Part shown: positions 1 to 13,459 of the stretch, piece after piece
Layout: each line of letters starts with the position of its first letter
How positions within the stretch are numbered: the first letter of the stretch is position 1
Program-made: the position numbers and the translations under genes
Notes under the pieces: generated by a model
Told to the model about the DNA's origin: nothing
The model's database searches: none
Seen by the model: only the letters and a program-made list of their open reading frames with translations
NCBI GenBank assembly: GCA_037447605.1
Contig: CM074814.1
Location: 124,001-188,000, forward strand
Origin: Zygnema circumcarinatum SAG 698-1b
Taxonomy: Eukaryota; Plantae; Zygnematophyceae
DNA length: 64,000 nucleotides
Direction of reading: 5' to 3'

Positions 1-837
1 TTTAACTTCCTTCATTGAATTGTCTCCCTTTCCTTCAGGAGTGACAAACTTCCCCCCCTCCCTTCCTGGCGTGCAGGATGGTTTTCCACATTCGCATTTA
101 ACTGATGCGTCAATGCTCGGGGCATAACTAGCGGCATCTGCTTCCCCTCGCATACCACCCTTGCCCTCCCTTACCTCCGATGACAAGATTGGATGGCCAC
201 CCTTCGCTCGTCCATGATCTCCAGCTCCGCCAGCAAAAGAATTAATCTTTGCGTTGGCATTGTTGAGTGAGGACGATGAATTGAACTGCGCCGTGCTCAC
301 ACCTCCTCTTGCTCCACAACGGCACTTTCGCGCTGGACATCCACACGGCCGTAAGCTTGAGCTTCGGATATGCCTCGACTGCTTAAAATTCTCATCCTTA
401 TCCCTGCGAGAATCTTTATCTTTTTCACCAGTCTGAGCTTCGTGATTAAAATTTTCCTCGCCTTTAATGTCAACCGCACCGTCAGCTGCTGAACTTGCAG
501 CTCCGGCTGTTCTATCACACTTGCATTCCTTCTCACTGAATCCATTCAAACCGATTCGATCGGCATCAGCCTTGCCATTCTCTGCCACCTCCACTGAACA
601 ATTCTGCTTGCCAACATTGCCGGGAAGCTTCTCCTTTTCCTTCTCCATCTCGTCAAGGCTCGACTTTCTGCTCGCATGATCCTGCAAATGGCTGTCCGAC
701 CGTCTGCTGGACGAGCTCCGCTTCCTCTTCAGCCGTATTTCTCCTTGCTGCTCGCTAATTCCCGCCTTCTTTGCCGCAACATGTCCGCAAGCACACCTCC
801 GCGAAGGGCAGCCGCAGCTTCTCGTGCCGGTAGGCAT
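1..837 (-). CDS. 5' part of an unknown protein (279 codons, runs off the window) with repeated Cys motifs
   Basis: Manual translation: ATG at 837 and an open frame to position 1 (MPTGTRSCGCPSRRCACGHVAAKK...RPCGCPARKCRCGARGG...KCECGKPSC...MKEVK). It is missing from the ORF track because there is no stop within the window. Divergent from the SF1-like gene. Confidence 0.7.
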   Translation of the reverse strand, partial: MPTGTRSCGCPSRRCACGHVAAKKAGISEQQGEIRLKRKRSSSSRRSDSHLQDHASRKSSLDEMEKEKEKLPGNVGKQNCSVEVAENGKADADRIGLNGFSEKECKCDRTAGAASSAADGAVDIKGEENFNHEAQTGEKDKDSRRDKDENFKQSRHIRSSSLRPCGCPARKCRCGARGGVSTAQFNSSSSLNNANAKINSFAGGAGDHGRAKGGHPILSSEVREGKGGMRGEADAASYAPSIDASVKCECGKPSCTPGREGGKFVTPEGKGDNSMKEVK

Positions 838-2893
838 GATCAGCAATGTCGAAAAATAATAATTTGCAATGATAAATCATTTGATGATCATCAATGCTTC
901 AAGATGCACATTTGCAACTAACGCAGAGGCAGATTTGCCACTGCGTTTGGCTGAATCTGTCCAAAGAACAGCGCGAATTGGAAGCAGCTGGCTGAAGAAA
1001 TTAAGAAGCAATACAATTCAAGCTGGAATTGACGGAATCGCCAACCGAGACCTGCTCTTGCAATGTGAAGGACGGCAGGAACACAGACAAGAAAAAAGAT
1101 TAAGCGCGTCTGCTAAAGTTAAGATTAAAGGGCATTCTGAGGAAGCACAATTCAACGCGCGTGAGGCAATTGCAGGACATTTAGCGCTTTAAAAAGCTTT
1201 AATCTTTTTTAACCATGGCTGGCGGACCGTGGTGAAGCAGGCAGGCAGGCGGAGGAATGGCTCCCTCGTAAGGGGCTAACTGCTCCTGCAGGGCAGGCAG
1301 ACAGATATGACCCACGGGCAGCCCAAACGTTTCAAAATAAAAAAGTTCAAACTTGCTTTATTTCCGGGCACAATGGGTTTGGAGTTTTAAAACGGGTGCC
1401 GGCCCTCTGATTGGCTGAGAGGACAGGTGGAAAACCTTTTCAGACTACCCGGACGGCCTCGGTTTGCTCGGACTTTTTGCGGTCAAAGCATTTTATTATG
1501 AATTTTGTATTTTTGAAAATCGACGGCGAGAGTCTTCCCGAGCGCTCATCGGACGGTGGATATCGGCCAAAGGGCTGTCAAATATCGGATTTCTTCGCGG
1601 TTTTTGGGAAAAAACCGGAAGGAAGGATCGGATTCTCTCGTTCTCCATTCATAGGACGGGAAAGCGATTCGAAAATGGCGATTTCTTGGTTTTACCCCCT
1701 TTGTACCCAATTACTGGCACGCTGCTTTCCACCTGAGCGCAGCCAACTACTTTTTCAACCAAGTGGCGACACCGCGTTTGTACGGACGGACAGATTGGTA
1801 CAAAAATAGCGTGGCAATCGGACGGCTCTGAGGACACCGGTGGCCAAAACCGAGCGGTGATTGGACGCCCTTCCAGCAGGGTACTCGTTTCATGTGGATC
1901 CAGCATTGTTGAACCAGAAATCCACCCCCCGACGACTTCACAAGATCAACCCAAATTCTCTCAAGATCCACAGCGCATCGCTCAAAGATTCAGATTGCAG
2001 GCCAAGTCCTCGCCGATTCAGTGGCGTCATCACCATGCTTGATCATCATTTGTGACCGTCGCCATTTGCTAGTTTTTCCACCACCGAGCGCAAATGACAC
2101 GTTTGATGACGCCATCAACCGTAGATTTAGATTCGCAGTCTGAGGTCCAAAATGTACAGAATCCGTCAAAAGTTTTTACAGAATGGCTGCAGGACGTGCG
2201 TCAAAATTTTGACTCGAGAGGAGATCGGGCGGCCGGCCGGCCGCCGCCGATGCCACGTGGCGAACGCTATTTCCTGCTGCCACGTGTCCCTTTCTGCCTT
2301 GTCGGGTTTTTAAGTATTTTCGTTTTTGCGTTTGGGCAGATTTTTTTTTTTTTGAAATTTTAGGGTGTTCCTTTCTTTATTTTGCAGGTTTGTTTCTGGT
2401 TTTTGGTTTCTGGTTTCTCATTGGTTTCTTGGGGGCTGTACGGCATCGAGGGGGCCGGCCGACAGACGGCCGGCGGTTTCTCCAACGACCGGCGCCGGCT
2501 GCCATCGCTGTCGATACCATATTGTATCGGATCTTTCTAATATCGTATCGCTGGTGGAACAGAAACGGTTGATGTTCCAAGACCGCTGCAATTCCAACGG
2601 TCCGAGTGCCAATCGGCGTGAGGACCAGAAAAGAAAATGCCGCGTGAAAATTTTCCACCAGGCTTCAAACAATTTTTGGCTGCCCCTCCCGTGCCTCTGG
2701 GGAGCTGCTTGCAAGCCTCCTGTCCAACCTGGTGTCGCAGGAAGTAGCAACTCCCGCACGTGGTTTGATGGAAGCAGATTAGCGGTGCTGTTTTTGCAGA
2801 TGCTAAGCATCTGCGGCACGGGGAAGAAGAAGATGATACTGCACAGTATTGTATAATTGCTGATTTTTCAATTTTCTTGCTGAATAGTCCACC

Positions 2894-5800
2894 ATGGATA
2901 GTGGAGCAGGAGTCACGTCCTTATCTCCCATGGTGGCTGAAGCTGCTGCAGCTGCTCAAAGGGCTGCAGCGGCGTTCATGGCTGCTCAGCAAGCATCTAG
3001 TAATGTCAGTGCAGCGGCTGTCAACTTGCAAATGACAGCTGTCGTCCCTGCTGTGAATAATGGCTCTGTATTGCCGTCTAAAACGACCGTAAGCTTCGTC
3101 ATTCCGAAAAATAAGCTGGGAGTCAGCAAAGCTGGGCAGACATCAGGAGCGCTTGTTCCCATATCGTCGTCGAACTCTAAGTGGGACTCCACTGAACCAA
3201 AGGACGAAGCGAAAGATCAAGATTCCCGCAAGACTAGGTGGGGTCCAGATTTGCTGCTGGATCCTGTGGTCCGGAGAGGACGGACATTGGCGTTGCAGGT
3301 ATGAACCGGGGCTGGCATTATCATAGCCTTTTCTGAAAGGTGCATCTTCTCGAAGCCTCCTTAAAGCACGAGCAGCTGTCAAAGAGTTTGCAAGAGAAGC
3401 GGGTTCGTCAGGGTAATCTTTCTGCAATAGCTGTCTTGCATGTTCACAGTCTTGTTTGTCATCACAGCGCAACCTGTCCTTGCGTTGTTCTGTCATTTTA
3501 GGTCTGCAATGTCCTAGCTGTATAAGTCCTTTTGTCTCAGAAGGTCCTTATGATCATGTGTTGGGTGGCGAGTTTTTTCTGTGGACCGCAGACGCGAGCC
3601 GAACAAATAGCTGCTCAATTGGAGTCGGGGAATCTTGAAATCGATACAAATGATGCAACAAGATCTCCGTCACCTCCACCCATTTACGGTGAAAATGGCC
3701 AAAGACTTAACACGAGAGAGGTAATCTGGGAAATTTGGAAGTGAAACTTGCATTCACCTGCAGCAGGATGTTTTGCTCCCTGACAATTTGCCTCTCCATC
3801 TTCACTGCAATTGAGACCACTGGACTGTGCAGCATTATAGAACTCGCTTTCTTGTTCTGTAGTATTTAAGACTTAAAAATCAGCACTTTATCTGTGCCAA
3901 CTATTTGTTTAACCTTCAAGACACATTGTAGTGGAGTGGGCTATAACGATTATATGGCAATAGCGGCAGCTGTTCTCTTTTATATAGAGCATAGCCGTCT
4001 GGTGGAGTTTTGGTTTTGTGCGATCATGGCGCGACATAAACAATATTTTTTACAAGTGTTTGGTTGTCATACGATCCCTTTTTTTTGTCTTAGATGTTAA
4101 GGGATTTTGCATTTTCAGGGAAGGAAGCGGGATCAGCTGGAGTTTGAAAGGCGGGAAGCAATTGGTATGCTCCTTGCAAGCCCTGTCGTTTATTCTGAAA
4201 CTTCTAGTTTATGGAATATGGCTGGAGGATGAAATGTGACTGGGGAGAAGCTTAGAATGTTATATTCCGCACGCATTTTTGCAAGTGTCGTAGGTAATGG
4301 GCATGACATCCATATTCGTTGGATTTTATCCTTGCCAATCAAAACGGTACAGGCCTTTTTCCGCTGTGTAATTGTTTTTTGTTACACAATTGATAGTATA
4401 AGTGGTTTAATTTGCTAGACGCGTTTGGTTTTGTGACTTGCTGTGCAAATTTTGACTAGAATTTTTGTGCTGCAGGAGAGTGCATACAATTGAACCCTTC
4501 ATATAAGCCGCCTGCGGGTTTCAAGCCACTGCTGAAGGATGCAAAGCTCTTTTTGCCGGTAAGCCACAACTTTTTGTTGATGGGTTCCCAGGATTCCAGG
4601 CAGACTGCGTTTGTGTTTCGTTTTAGAGGGGCATCTGTTTCCAGCTTACTCATAGATGCAGGGAAGAACCTTACGTCTATGCTCCACAACCTGGTTGCAG
4701 TTCCCGACCTTATAGGATTCGCGGGTCACAGGGGGTAATTGCTTGTCACGGATGTTTTGACTTGAATAGAATCTCTAGAGTTTTTCGCTCCTCACCTCGA
4801 GTAGCCACTCTCTCACAGTGAATAATTGGATCGTGTCAGGCAAAGCTACATGAGCCCTACTATTTTAGAGTTTATATTTGTTAGGTCACTGCGTTATTCC
4901 ATGCATGCTGATTTATATTCTTGTCGATATCGAATCTTCTATCTTGTCGGCATATACCTATACTACACTTCCTATAAGGAGGCCTCAACCTGAATGTGCC
5001 AGGTGTTTGCAAGCGGCTTCATTGGCCCGCGGTTCTCTGTGACGCTTGGGTTAGTGCTTTATCTATGTGATCAAGTGCCAGAATCATCTTTAGGATACAT
5101 CAAAGCCTAGGATCTGCAAAACTCTCTATGTCCATTGCACTACAATCAAATCCTTATTACATCAGTTTTTTGTCCATTCATCTTGCCATGCGTGTAGTTC
5201 TTATGGTGCTGAACTAGATACATGGATGGAAGGCCTGGCCAGATTCAGCTGGCTGTTCCATATTGCATTCAAAGCTTTTATCCTTTGATAGAATCTAATG
5301 ACGGCCATCATAGGATGTTCAAGACCAACCTAAACTGTGAAGTTCCTAATTTGATAGATAACTTCTTCAGCCTAAAATGATATCTCCTGAAACAGTAAGT
5401 TGCCCTAAGACTTCTGAACTATCTGCTACCCTCACATCCTTCCTTAGCCACGGCCATAAACAAAGATCAATCCTGTGGTTAGTCCAAACGACTCTTCTGC
5501 CGTCCTCTGAAAACCTCTCCCTATCTTGCTTGCCTTCCGTCGTTAGTTTTTCCGCCGATGTACTTCGGGAGCAAGAAGGTCTTGAGAGGCAGGGAGCTGC
5601 AGTAGGTCTCCACTCCGCAGCCGTCTGTCAGAGGAGGGCCAAATGGCCGCTGCCTGAGAGGTTCTGCCCTCCCGTGGAAAGACCATCAGTGCAGTCAACG
5701 TGGAGAACTGGGCCACCTGTCCTTGTGGGGAGTAAGTGTCTGCTCGGCAGTTCTCCTCCCTGCACAGTGGTTTATGGCAGCTGGGTTGATTGCTGTCATT

Positions 5801-8800
5801 TGCAGACGATGTATTGACCGGATTCCTTTTGCTGTGTCTGTTTGTGTATACTTTGGCGCCTCCCTCTGCTAAACATCACGTTTGGACATCAAAACTTGGT
5901 CTTGTCGGCCATTTTTTCATGATTTCCCATCTCTGCTGATGGCCTTACTGTCGAGGGCGCCTTTAATGCCTTGTGCAATATGTCCTCTTTCTAGCTCCCT
6001 TTCTTTTTCCCGCGTTTCTGTCAAATTTTTGGTTGGGCTTTCCCCTTGTTGCATGAAATAGTTTTTTTATTGCTGTCTTGTCTTCTCTGTACCTGCACCT
6101 GCACTTGTTCATGGCATACACATGCACACCATCCTTTGGGCAGGTGAAGGAGTATCCGGGGTACAACTTCATCGGCCTCATTTTGGGGCCGCGAGGAAAT
6201 ACACAGAAACGAATGGAACAGGTGGGAGTTCACCAAAACGTCAAGCTGTGTTGCTGTGTTGTGTGTCAAGCCGTGTTGTAATCTCATGTTGCCATCTACT
6301 TGTTCGATCGAGGGTAAGTGTGGAGAAAAAGCAGATCACATGTCCAATGGGTCGTTGGCAAATGGTACTGGAGTGAGTGGCAGAGGACAGCTATTTAGAA
6401 GCTGCTAAGGTCGCTGTCAGGTTCTTTCAGACCTTTCCTGTAATTTCAAGGTCCAGTATAAATTCATCCGTGGATTCACTAACGTTCTCCTATTTCTCTT
6501 TCGCTGCAGGAGACGGGTGCCAAGATTGCTATCCGGGGTAAGGGTGCTGTAAAGGATGGCAAGGTGAGACTTTGACTTTAGAGCTAGAGGTTCTGTGACG
6601 TTCAAGATTTTAGAGAAAGATGTCTGTTTTTACTTCCGTGTAGATGGAAATTTGCCATGCTTGCCTCTGAGAAAAGAGAGCGTCCCCTATGTCTAGATTT
6701 TGTTTTTCTGCAGTTGCCAATTTGTCAGATTAGTGGATCTTCAAGCAGAAGCAGCGTGAGTTTGAATTGGTTCCGGAATTTCCTCAAATGTTTTGATGAT
6801 ACAGCAAGGCATTCGGCGAGATGGGAAATTGGCTGAGGGTGCAAATGAGGACCTGCACGTGTACATATCTGCTGACACAATTGAGAAAGTAGATGCCGCA
6901 GTGGCGCTTATCGAGCCCTTGCTGACTCCTGTTGATGTAAGTTCTTTGAAGCTCAATTGTTGGAGCTTTCAGATTCTCCATTTCATAATGGCTAAGCATT
7001 TTAATCTTTGTGTGTGATCAATTTCTATTGTCAGTCAATAGACTAGATGCTCTGTAGACTGACAGAGAATTTATCAGAGGTTGGATTTCTGGCGTACCAA
7101 TGTGGTTACAAGCTTTTACTTGTGCGTTCAGGAGACCCGAAATAGTCACAAGAGAAAACAGCTCCAGGAACTTGCGAAGATGAATGGTGAGCTACATTGC
7201 TAGACATTGACTTTGAAATTGACTGCAAATTCCTTGTGTCGATGTTTCATGCGGACTAAAGCATTTGTTTAGGCCTCCTTGGACACTGCTGTAGTATCAA
7301 AATTGCCTGGAAATCCAAATAGGAGGTTACATTCAGGCTTTGCTGTCATTCAAACCTGTGGGCTGTGATAAAATAGCTAGTTTCCTTTTCTGAAGTATTC
7401 GCGTTTCTCAACTTTGGGGTGGAACCTAAGTCAAATTCGGAAACTTTGCAGTGAGTAAATTGGCGCAGTCTTGCAGTCTTTTCCTGTTCTTCTAATGTAC
7501 TAATTTGGAGTTTAACTGTCTTAGGCACCATGCGGGATTTTTTCTGCTCCATTTGTGGCGAGGCGGGGCATCGTGATTGGCACTGCCCAAAAGATAAACT
7601 TCAGACATTCCAGGCCAAGGTGGGTCATAAAGATCGCTACTGCTGCGCCTTCTACCTACAATTTATGGAGTAGTTGTAGTTTTACAGCAGTTTCTGCAGA
7701 AGTGTTGTCTAAGAGCCCCATTCTTCTTCTTCTTCTTCTTCTTGGGCTGCCATGTGTGAAGCTGCAGCCATTGGTCGGGGATCTTATGTGATGTGTGCCT
7801 TTGGATGTGTCAGGTCACGTGCGGCATCTGTGGTGATGGGGGCCATCCATCGGCCGACTGCCCATTGAAACTCAGCGGGACCGCTGTAAGTTTCTCTTGT
7901 CCACTTTAAGCGATTGGTTTTCCTTTCCATGTGATGCGTATTACATTGTCTCGTACTTCGACGGTATGATGGCCAAGATATTGTTGTTGCAATGTTGAAA
8001 AGCTTGTGTTGCCGGTTAAATGACTTGGCTTCTGATGCAGTTCATCCCTTGATTTCAGGAAAAGGTTATGGACAAGGAATATGCTAAGCTCCTAGCCGAA
8101 CTAGGAGGAGATACTATTGGAGCAGCTGACACCATTTTTCAACCCCAAGTGTCAATGACTCCACGAAGTGTTCCTATGGCGGGCCCAAAAGCCCTGTCTA
8201 GTAAAAGCTATCCTGTTGGTCTTGCTGAGGGCACGGTAACGGGGGGATTTGCCGACAGTGGAGGGGCTCAGCAGTCATCAAATCTTCCATCAGCTCCCCC
8301 AGCCTGGGCCATGGCTGTAGCGGCTTCATTGACGCGAGATTCTGAGATAGCAACAGAGGAAGACATTGAGAAATATGCAAACGATGAGTGGACAGATGTT
8401 CCACAAGGGGCCAGTGGTGGTGATAAAACTTGGGAAGCAGGAGCACGGTATAGTCTTCCTGGTGATGAGGCATTTGGGGGAAGCATGCAACAAGGAGGCT
8501 CTCAGAATGCGGGACTTGATCCGATGCTGTCGTCTTCATGGAACTTGGAGGCTCCGCAGGCTTCTGTAGATGTGCGTAGCCGACTGAACATGAAAATAGG
8601 AACGCAAGGAGGTTTATTAGGCCCTCCCCCTGGAATATCTGCCGGAAGTCATACTTCTGCAAACTTTCCAAGCCTGGGAGGGCCACAATTTCAGCCTGGA
8701 TTACCACCTCCGTCGACATCCCGATCTGACCAGTTTCAGCACGGTCCTCATCAGAATCTTGGTCCGGATGTAGCGATGCAGAGTAAGGTGGGTCATGGTC

Positions 8801-10245
8801 AACAGCCATCGCTACATTCCTTGGTGTCGGGTCAAACACAGAGTCACGAGTTCATGCCCATTCAGCCAAGTTCTGGCCCAATGAGACCAAGCCATCCAAT
8901 CCTACACCAGGGCATGTCTGGTCAGTCCATGGAATTCGACCATGGGGCGATGCCGCATTCGGCCGCTTCCATGAACAACGCCCCCATTCAAGCCACGCCT
9001 CATAGGCCTGGACAAGATCAGCATATGCATATGTTCAACGGACTGATTCCTCCCGACCCTTTTCTTCGTCCCCAGGGGGATTCTATGGACTTCGGGAGGA
9101 TGGGGTTGTTGAGGAACAGCACAGGTCCTATGCATGGAAATGCACCCCCAGGTATGGGTCTGGGTAGCATGTTTTCAAGCCCACATTTTGCTCAACCATC
9201 GTCTGCAGGCCAAGGGGGTGCAGGCCATGGAGGAAGCTTTACTGGTGCTCCTGTCCAGATGGGAAATGCATCGTCTCCTTTTCCCGGGCCCACACCTATG
9301 GCAGGTGGTGGGCCTTTAGGCAGATCTGGGCTACCCCTGCTGGAGGCTCCACTTTCCACTGTGCAACCATCACCTCAAAAACCTTTCTTTTCCTCACCTC
9401 CCTCACAGCAGATATGGCAGCCTCCACAAGGACACCCCGCGCATGGAGCGCACCAAGTTACTTCCACCCAAGCTTCTCACTTTGGGCAGTCTTTGCAAGG
9501 ACACTCGGAGCAGATGTCTCAAGTAGCATCCAGTGGAGCAAATCCATCTCAACAAGACCCCTTGCGACCCACAGGACCAATGTCGGCTCCCCATCCACCC
9601 TTCAACTCGTCGCGTCATCCCGTTCCCCCTTTGCAGCCTCCACTATCAGAGTCAGGGATGACTCCCACTCAATCCTCGTCTTTATTTGGTCGGGCCCCTC
9701 GTAGTGGGCACGATCCAATGGAAGGTCCGGGAGGCATGTTCTCTAGCCCACAGCAGGGGAGTTCTCAGGGAATGCATTGGGGAGGAGGTCCTGGACCTCA
9801 AGCTCCGTTTCCAGGTGGGGCAAGGTTCAGGGGTAATCCCACGCATGTGCGGCCACCTCTGAGACCCGATGCAATGAGGCCAAATGCGTCTTACGACCCA
9901 TTTGCTCCTAACTCCGATGGAGGTGATGGAATGTCCAATGCAGCTGGTGGACATAATGGAGATGGGGGGGCGCATTTTGATAATAGGAATGTACCAGCAG
10001 GGACTCAGTCTGGGGGAGAAATGGAACCTTGGAGGGAGGGCCAGCAACGTCAGGTTGGCTTAATGCACCCGTCTGGGCCCTCACGTCCACCAAGTGCATC
10101 GTGGTCTGCTGGCCCTCCTCAGCAGGGTTTCCGGCAGCATTTTCCATCACCTCCCGCAGGTCCTTCACATCCGGCGGCATCGATGCAGGGGGCAAAGAGA
10201 GACAGTGAATATGAGCAATTCATGGAATCTATGGGTGTACAGTGA
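2894..10245 (+). CDS. SF1: Splicing factor 1 / branchpoint-bridging-protein-like KH-domain protein with two CCHC zinc knuckles (11 exons)
   Basis: GT-AG exons 2894-3298, 3592-3720, 4119-4164, 4476-4558, 6144-6221, 6510-6563, 6805-6936, 7132-7186, 7525-7619, 7814-7885, 8059-10245 join in frame. Motifs: ULM-like [35 protein letters not shown], knuckles [14 protein letters not shown] and [14 protein letters not shown], and a long P/G/Q-rich tail ending [14 protein letters not shown]. Confidence 0.9.
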
Positions 10246-11200
10246 ATGCAAGAAGGGAGGGTGCTGCTGAAGAGAGAGATGTCGGTTCCGAGCCCACATG
10301 GTTGAGTTAGATTTGAGTGACAGATCGGGTTTCTTGAGGTTTCTGTGACGTTAATTGGAGGCTTTCAAACTGAAGCTGAGGGCAGATGATGTCCTTTCTG
10401 GTGTCGGCGTATCCTCCTCTTGAACTATTTTTGTTGTGAATTGAGGTGAAATCGGTTCGGAATGTATAAGCCTCCGGAGTGAGACCAAGAGGCTCGCCCT
10501 CTGTTGTAATACGAAAATACGATGAAGTCGAGATTCTGCGGAAAACTCGTCAGCTCCACATTGAGAGTTGCTGGTGGTTCTCCTCTATCGCCCTACCTCC
10601 CTCTCTCCCTCGTTTTTCCCTTCCTTTCTCCCTTTCCTTCCCTCCATTGTGGGCTTTTTGATGGCGGTGGGTTCGGTCGTTAATGGCAACTTAGAGTGCA
10701 TTCATGGATACTCTGGAAATGTAATTTAATACTCGCGTTAAAAACCACCTTGAAAATAAGTTACGCCGTGGCAAAGTTGTGCCGTGGTAATGTTAGCATC
10801 TGAAATAGCTTAACCTTGAAACAGGACCTTTTGTGCTGTCCTTTCACTTTACACTCTCGAGGGGCGGATCCTGAAGGCCTAAAAACTTTTCTCCTCAAAA
10901 GGAACAAAAGGAGGAAACGAGCGAAACGGAGTTAATCATTCTAACTATAATTAGACTTGAGACCGCGTTCTCTTATTAACTGCCAGGTGCTGCCCCTCCC
11001 ACTGTAAACGTAACTTCTAAAAATGTTTACCCAGCAGGGGTATCTCAAACGGCTCAATGTACATGCGGGCCACTGACCCACTTCCTGCTCCTAAAACCTG
11101 CTCGTGGTCCCCCTACCTAAACTTGCTATCCTAATCTGAGAATAAATAGTTACAATACTAATGAGACTGGAAAGGAAGGCGTCTCTTCGTGTGCCATGGT

Positions 11201-12305
11201 TTATGCTAGCAGGGCATAGCTCGGCTTGTGCCATGACTTGGGGTCTGCAAACATACAAAGGTCCGTCTTCCGAAAAACCGCCACCTGGCAAGCCACAATT
11301 GATGTGATAATGTCACACATGGCCAGGGCTATTTTCATTCGTGAAAAAATTGCATGATGGGTGCACGCTTCATGATTATGAGGAGCATGATGATGTATGA
11401 AGGATGATGCATGATGCAAATCGCGAGGCCCGTAGGAAAACGACTGTGAGAGCGGGATTCACCTCAAGTCCGCAATTTGGGCAGTGGTGATACTTGTGGA
11501 GGAAGCAGTTGTCTTTGCAAAGGAAGCAGCATCCCACCACCGTTACAGCACAAGCCACCCACGCAGGCGCGCTCAAAGTGCTCCTGCAATGCCACCAAAG
11601 CATACATCAGCCCTTCCTCTCTCGCGCGGAAAAGGAATACACGTCATAATCTGTTTCTATCCTTTTTCAACGTGCTGTTACTCTTCATATTCTTCGCCAG
11701 TAGAGTTCATTATCAGCTAAATAAAGAGCACGGTTAGGACCAGAAAGCTTCAAATGAAACATTTTCTTGAATCAACGGATAACTGCATAAAAATATGGAT
11801 CCATTCATTCCTAACCCAGACCCAACAAGCAGACATACTCTGTTGCTCAAGACAAAAGCAAAACTCGACCAGAGCGAATGGGTCTGAATAGCCTTCGGTC
11901 ATTAAGTTTAAAGTTTCGTCATCCTCTCCACTCCAAACTTTCAGAGGCCTTAGGGACTCCCAAGCAACCCCTTTAAGTTGAAATTGTAGCATACCTCACA
12001 TCCGTCATCCCTCCGTGGCCGCAAAATATGCACTCGAATGGCGCAGGCGTGTCTCCATAGAAGGTCTCCCGCAAAGGCAGTCCACGCAGGTTCTGAGTGA
12101 TGGCATTGGACGGCATGCCCCCCCGCTGCTGCTCGCTGTTTTCTATAAAATCCCACTGCAAAGGAGGCGCCATGACAGGGTACTCCGGAGCTCCACCCTG
12201 AGAGCCATAACTGAAGTTGGGAAGCAGGGGAACGCCATGGGCGACGTACGGAATCCCTACCGCTGGCTCTTCCTCCTCCTCCTTCCCCGCTGCCCCCATG
12301 GCCAC
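11201..12305 (-). CDS. GILP: LITAF-domain protein (GSH-induced LITAF protein family), 3 exons
   Basis: Exons 12305-11995, 11583-11463, 11284-11201. Motifs PAVGIPY, DTPAPFECIFCG, CCFLCKDNCFLHKYHHCPNC and the C-terminus DPKSWHKPSYALLA match the plant GILP pattern. Confidence 0.9.
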
Positions 12306-12657
12306 GCCCTCAAAACCCTAAACCCAACCCTAATTCTCGCCCTAACCTTAACCCTGAAATCTTCAAAGAGGAGAGCTTAAAGGCGGGAAATGGCGTCCTC
12401 CGCGACAAGGCCGCCCCCCGCCACGGAGGGAGAGCGCGCCGGGAGGGAGGGGGGGAACACGTGGAGGGCGGAGGCTTGTTTTTTGCACGTGCGAGTCTCT
12501 TGGTTGATCATCTCGCACGTGTGACCCGTCAGCCAATGGGAAGCAACCGCCACAAGTGCGAATCTTGACGTGACACTTCACTAGACGACGTGGACGCGTC
12601 CACAGTACGGATGGACCGTGTACGGACGTACAAACGTACGGGCGTCAAGAACACTAA

Positions 12658-13459
12658 GGGTAACTCTACTGCACCCCCGCGTTTTGTCTTTCGCACCCCC
12701 CTTTTGAAAAAATTTCCTGCCCGTTTTGGTTACCCCCCCAGTTTTGAATATTTTGGGAAAAAATCTTTTTCCCGCCCCTCCCGTCCCCTCCGCTCCCCTC
12801 CCTCNNNNNNNNNNCCCGCCCGCTCCCCTCTCCTCCCCTCCCCTCCTCTTTTTCTGGACATTCCACCCCCCTCGTTTTCTCCTTTTCACTATTGACTTCC
12901 AACAATGTGCGACAGAAGAAAAGGGGATTTGCATTGGTCTCAAGATGGTGAGGCCATCAAATAAACATGGACAAAGTCAACATGGGAACCACAAGAAATT
13001 GGTCGCAAAAGAACCAAGCACAAAATAAAAAAACTAGGAGCAACAAACTAAACTAAACTAAGCTTAAGCGCAAAAACGCAGCCTTAAACGCAGCTGCAAG
13101 GTCACCAATGTTGGGCAACAGTTACTCTCTGTTTTCAGGTTAGGATGCCGATCTTGATGTGAACTCCTTCGTGCTTGTAGTGCTCGGTGACGACTTGTAC
13201 GAGCTCATCGCGGGTCTCATACTCAGTTGGTAGCATTTTTATGGACATTGCAAACCGAGAAGAGGAGAGACGAGGAGGGGAGGGGAGGGGAGGGGAGCGG
13301 GCGGGAGGGGAGGCCCGAGGAGGACAGGGCAAGGGAGGGGAGGGGAGGGGAGGGGAGGGGCGGGAAAAAGATTTTTTCCCGAAATATTCAAAACTTNNNN
13401 NNNNNNTTTTCAAAAGGGGGGTGCGAAAGACAAAACGCGGGGGTGCAGTAGAGTTACCC
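12658..13459. mobile_element. Non-autonomous Mutator-like element (MULE) with long TIRs and 9-bp TSD
   Basis: Ends GGGTAACTCTACTGCACCCCCGCG.../...CGCGGGGGTGCAGTAGAGTTACCC, with inverted repeats of ~190 bp. Perfect 9-bp direct repeat GAACACTAA at 12649-12657 and 13460-13468. Both TIRs contain N gaps, so the true length is uncertain. Confidence 0.88.

Noticed and set aside
1411-1746. Imperfect inverted repeat TTGGCTG..CAGGTGGAAA / TTTCCACCTG..CAGCCAA as a possible hAT element
   Set aside because: Only ~10 bp are perfect and no target-site duplication was found. It could be symmetric promoter motifs.
4965-5360. GGLNL motif suggesting a decayed LINE reverse-transcriptase fragment in the SF1-like intron
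   Set aside because: A single short motif with stops around it cannot be supported without a search.
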